From Limisphaerales bacterium (GTDB lineage Bacteria > Verrucomicrobiota > Verrucomicrobiia > Limisphaerales > JAJOIW01), in contig CBFHOE010000017.1 of NCBI GenBank assembly GCA_965657355.1, positions 13,987 to 32,111 on the forward strand: a stretch of DNA of 18,125 nt, read 5' to 3'. Position numbers and translations under genes: made by a program. Positions 16,337 through 18,125 of this stretch are shown here, one piece after another. How positions within the stretch are numbered: position 1 is the first letter of the stretch; each line of letters begins with the position of its first letter. The notes below the pieces were generated by a model, which was not told the origin of the DNA, did no database searches, and saw only the letters and a list, made by a program, of their open reading frames with translations.

Positions 16337-18125
16337 TTAAGAATCGGCAAATTCTTCTACTGATGGACACGTACATACTGGGTTGCGGTCGCCATAAACA
16401 TTATCAATGCGAGAAACCGCTGGCCAAAATTTGTGATCTTTTGTCCAATCGCAAGGGTAGACTGCAACCTGTTTGGAGTACTCCCTGCCCCATTCATTGG
16501 CAATAAGCTGACTCGCTGTATGGGGTGCATTTTTTAGCGGGCTTTGATCAGGTTGTATGCGACCTGACTCAACTTTATCAATTTCCTCTCTAATGCTGAT
16601 CATTGCTTGGCAAAACCTGTCCAATTCCATCAAGGACTCACTCTCTGTGGGCTCGACCATCAATGTATTGGCAACCGGCCAAGAGACGGTAGGTGCATGA
16701 AAACCGTAGTCCATGAGTCTCTTGGCAACATCTTCCACAGTAACTTTGTTAAACTGCCTTAAATCCAGAATGCACTCATGCGCAACTCTTCCGTTTTTGC
16801 CTTTGTATAAGATTGGGTAGTATTCCTCCAATCTGTGGGCAATATAATTAGCACTCAGAATTGCGACTTCTGTGGCACTTGTCAGCCCGGAACCTCCCAT
16901 CATTTGAATGTACATCCAAGGAATTACGAGTATGCTGGCGCTGCTGAATGGCGCCGCGCTGACTGGACCAGTTTGGGATTCATGATCTTTGTGAGGGTGC
17001 CCAGGGAGGAACGGCACGAGGTGCTCGGCGACAGCTATTGGGCCCATACCAGGACCGCCACCACCATGAGGAATACAAAATGTTTTATGGAGATTGATAT
17101 GGCAAACATCTGTTCCAAATTCCTTCGGACTGCAGAGACCGACCAAGGCATTTAGGTTTGCTCCATCCATGTAAACTTGCCCGCCGAAACGATGGACTAT
17201 CTCGCAAATGTCTTTTATGGACTCTTCAAAAACCCCATGGGTAGAGGGGTATGTGATCATGAGAGCCGAAAGTTGGTCCTTATGTTTTTCAGCTTTGTGG
17301 CTCAAATCATCAATATCGATATTCCCATTATCATCGCATTTAATAGATACGACGCTCATGCCGGCCATTACTGCACTCGCCGGATTTGTCCCGTGGGCAG
17401 ATGTAGGGATAAGGCATATATTTCTGTCTGTGTTTCCTCGTGATAAATGGTATTCCCGAATAGCTAAAAGTCCTGCAAATTCTCCCTGAGAACCCGCGTT
17501 AGGTTGAAGACTCACGCCACTGAACCCCGTAATTTCACACAGCCAATTATCTAGATTTTCAAATAAAGTTTGATACCCCTCCCATTGAGCATCTGGAATG
17601 AATGGGTGAAGGCCAGCCCACTCAGGCCACGAAACAGGAAACATTTCCGAGGTAGCATTTAGCTTCATTGTGCAAGAACCAAGTGGAATCATTGAAAAAG
17701 CCAAGGACAAATCCCTAGATTCCAACTTCTTAATATACCGAAGCATCTGGGTCTCAGATGTATGGGAATTGAAGACATCTTGGGCTAAGAATTTGTCTTG
17801 CCTCCTTAAACTCGGAGAAAGCACTTTCTCACAGCCCATCGAAGTGAATTCACTTGAACTCATCTTCACCGAAAAGAGACCCAGGATTTTGGTGAGTTCT
17901 CGACTATCGGATTTTTCATCAAAAGCAATGACAATGGCATCAGAACCATCAACAGGCTTTCGTAAATTAATCTCTTGATCACTCGCTTTAGCAATAATCT
18001 CATCCGCGGATATCGTATCTTTTCCGCCGTTAAGAATAACCTCAATGGTATCAAAAAACTGATCTGATTTTAAATGGAATCCAGACTTTTTAAGGCAGTC
18101 AGCGCATAGTGAAGCTATCGTATGA
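16337..18125 (-). CDS. gcvP: Glycine dehydrogenase (decarboxylating), single-chain P protein, 5' end outside the window
   Basis: [49 protein letters not shown] (PLP lysine) and [10 protein letters not shown]. Hand translation shows the frame stays open from 17869 to the window end (..FFDTIEV..EINLRK..IAFDE..), so GTG 17869 is not the true start. Confidence 0.97.
   Translation of the reverse strand, partial: HTIASLCADCLKKSGFHLKSDQFFDTIEVILNGGKDTISADEIIAKASDQEINLRKPVDGSDAIVIAFDEKSDSRELTKILGLFSVKMSSSEFTSMGCEKVLSPSLRRQDKFLAQDVFNSHTSETQMLRYIKKLESRDLSLAFSMIPLGSCTMKLNATSEMFPVSWPEWAGLHPFIPDAQWEGYQTLFENLDNWLCEITGFSGVSLQPNAGSQGEFAGLLAIREYHLSRGNTDRNICLIPTSAHGTNPASAVMAGMSVVSIKCDDNGNIDIDDLSHKAEKHKDQLSALMITYPSTHGVFEESIKDICEIVHRFGGQVYMDGANLNALVGLCSPKEFGTDVCHINLHKTFCIPHGGGGPGMGPIAVAEHLVPFLPGHPHKDHESQTGPVSAAPFSSASILVIPWMYIQMMGGSGLTSATEVAILSANYIAHRLEEYYPILYKGKNGRVAHECILDLRQFNKVTVEDVAKRLMDYGFHAPTVSWPVANTLMVEPTESESLMELDRFCQAMISIREEIDKVESGRIQPDQSPLKNAPHTASQLIANEWGREYSKQVAVYPCDWTKDHKFWPAVSRIDNVYGDRNPVCTCPSVEEFADS

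Noticed and set aside
5683..17978. Numerous 60-150 aa ORFs antisense or out of frame to the flg, DUF1080, SSS and gcvP genes
   Set aside because: They overlap well-supported genes and have no independent motifs.
17866..18054. Short ORF suggesting a frameshifted or split gcvP
   Set aside because: The gcvP frame is open from 16337 to the window end; this ORF is an out-of-frame shadow.

Overview
AT-rich bacterial chromosomal window. Protein styles suggest Verrucomicrobiota (Pedosphaerales/Limisphaerales-like); this is inferred from remembered motifs, not from a search. Left, minus strand: a pilM-pilN-pilO-pilP-like-secretin operon. The secretin gene (1..1421) is missing from the ORF track and runs off the left edge. 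Middle, plus strand: an RluA-family pseudouridine synthase, then a compact flagellar operon flgF-G-A-H-I-J-N-K-L behind a near-consensus sigma54 promoter. Right, minus strand: the 3' part of a single-chain gcvP, a sodium:solute symporter and a secreted DUF1080 protein. No RNA genes, mobile elements or CRISPR arrays were seen. Most notable: a sigma28/FliA-like promoter directly upstream of the pilus operon, which lies back-to-back with the flagellar operon; a secretin with a ~400-aa acidic low-complexity N-terminal extension; FlgH and PilP-like proteins without a lipobox; and no flgM or fliW/csrA at their usual positions.
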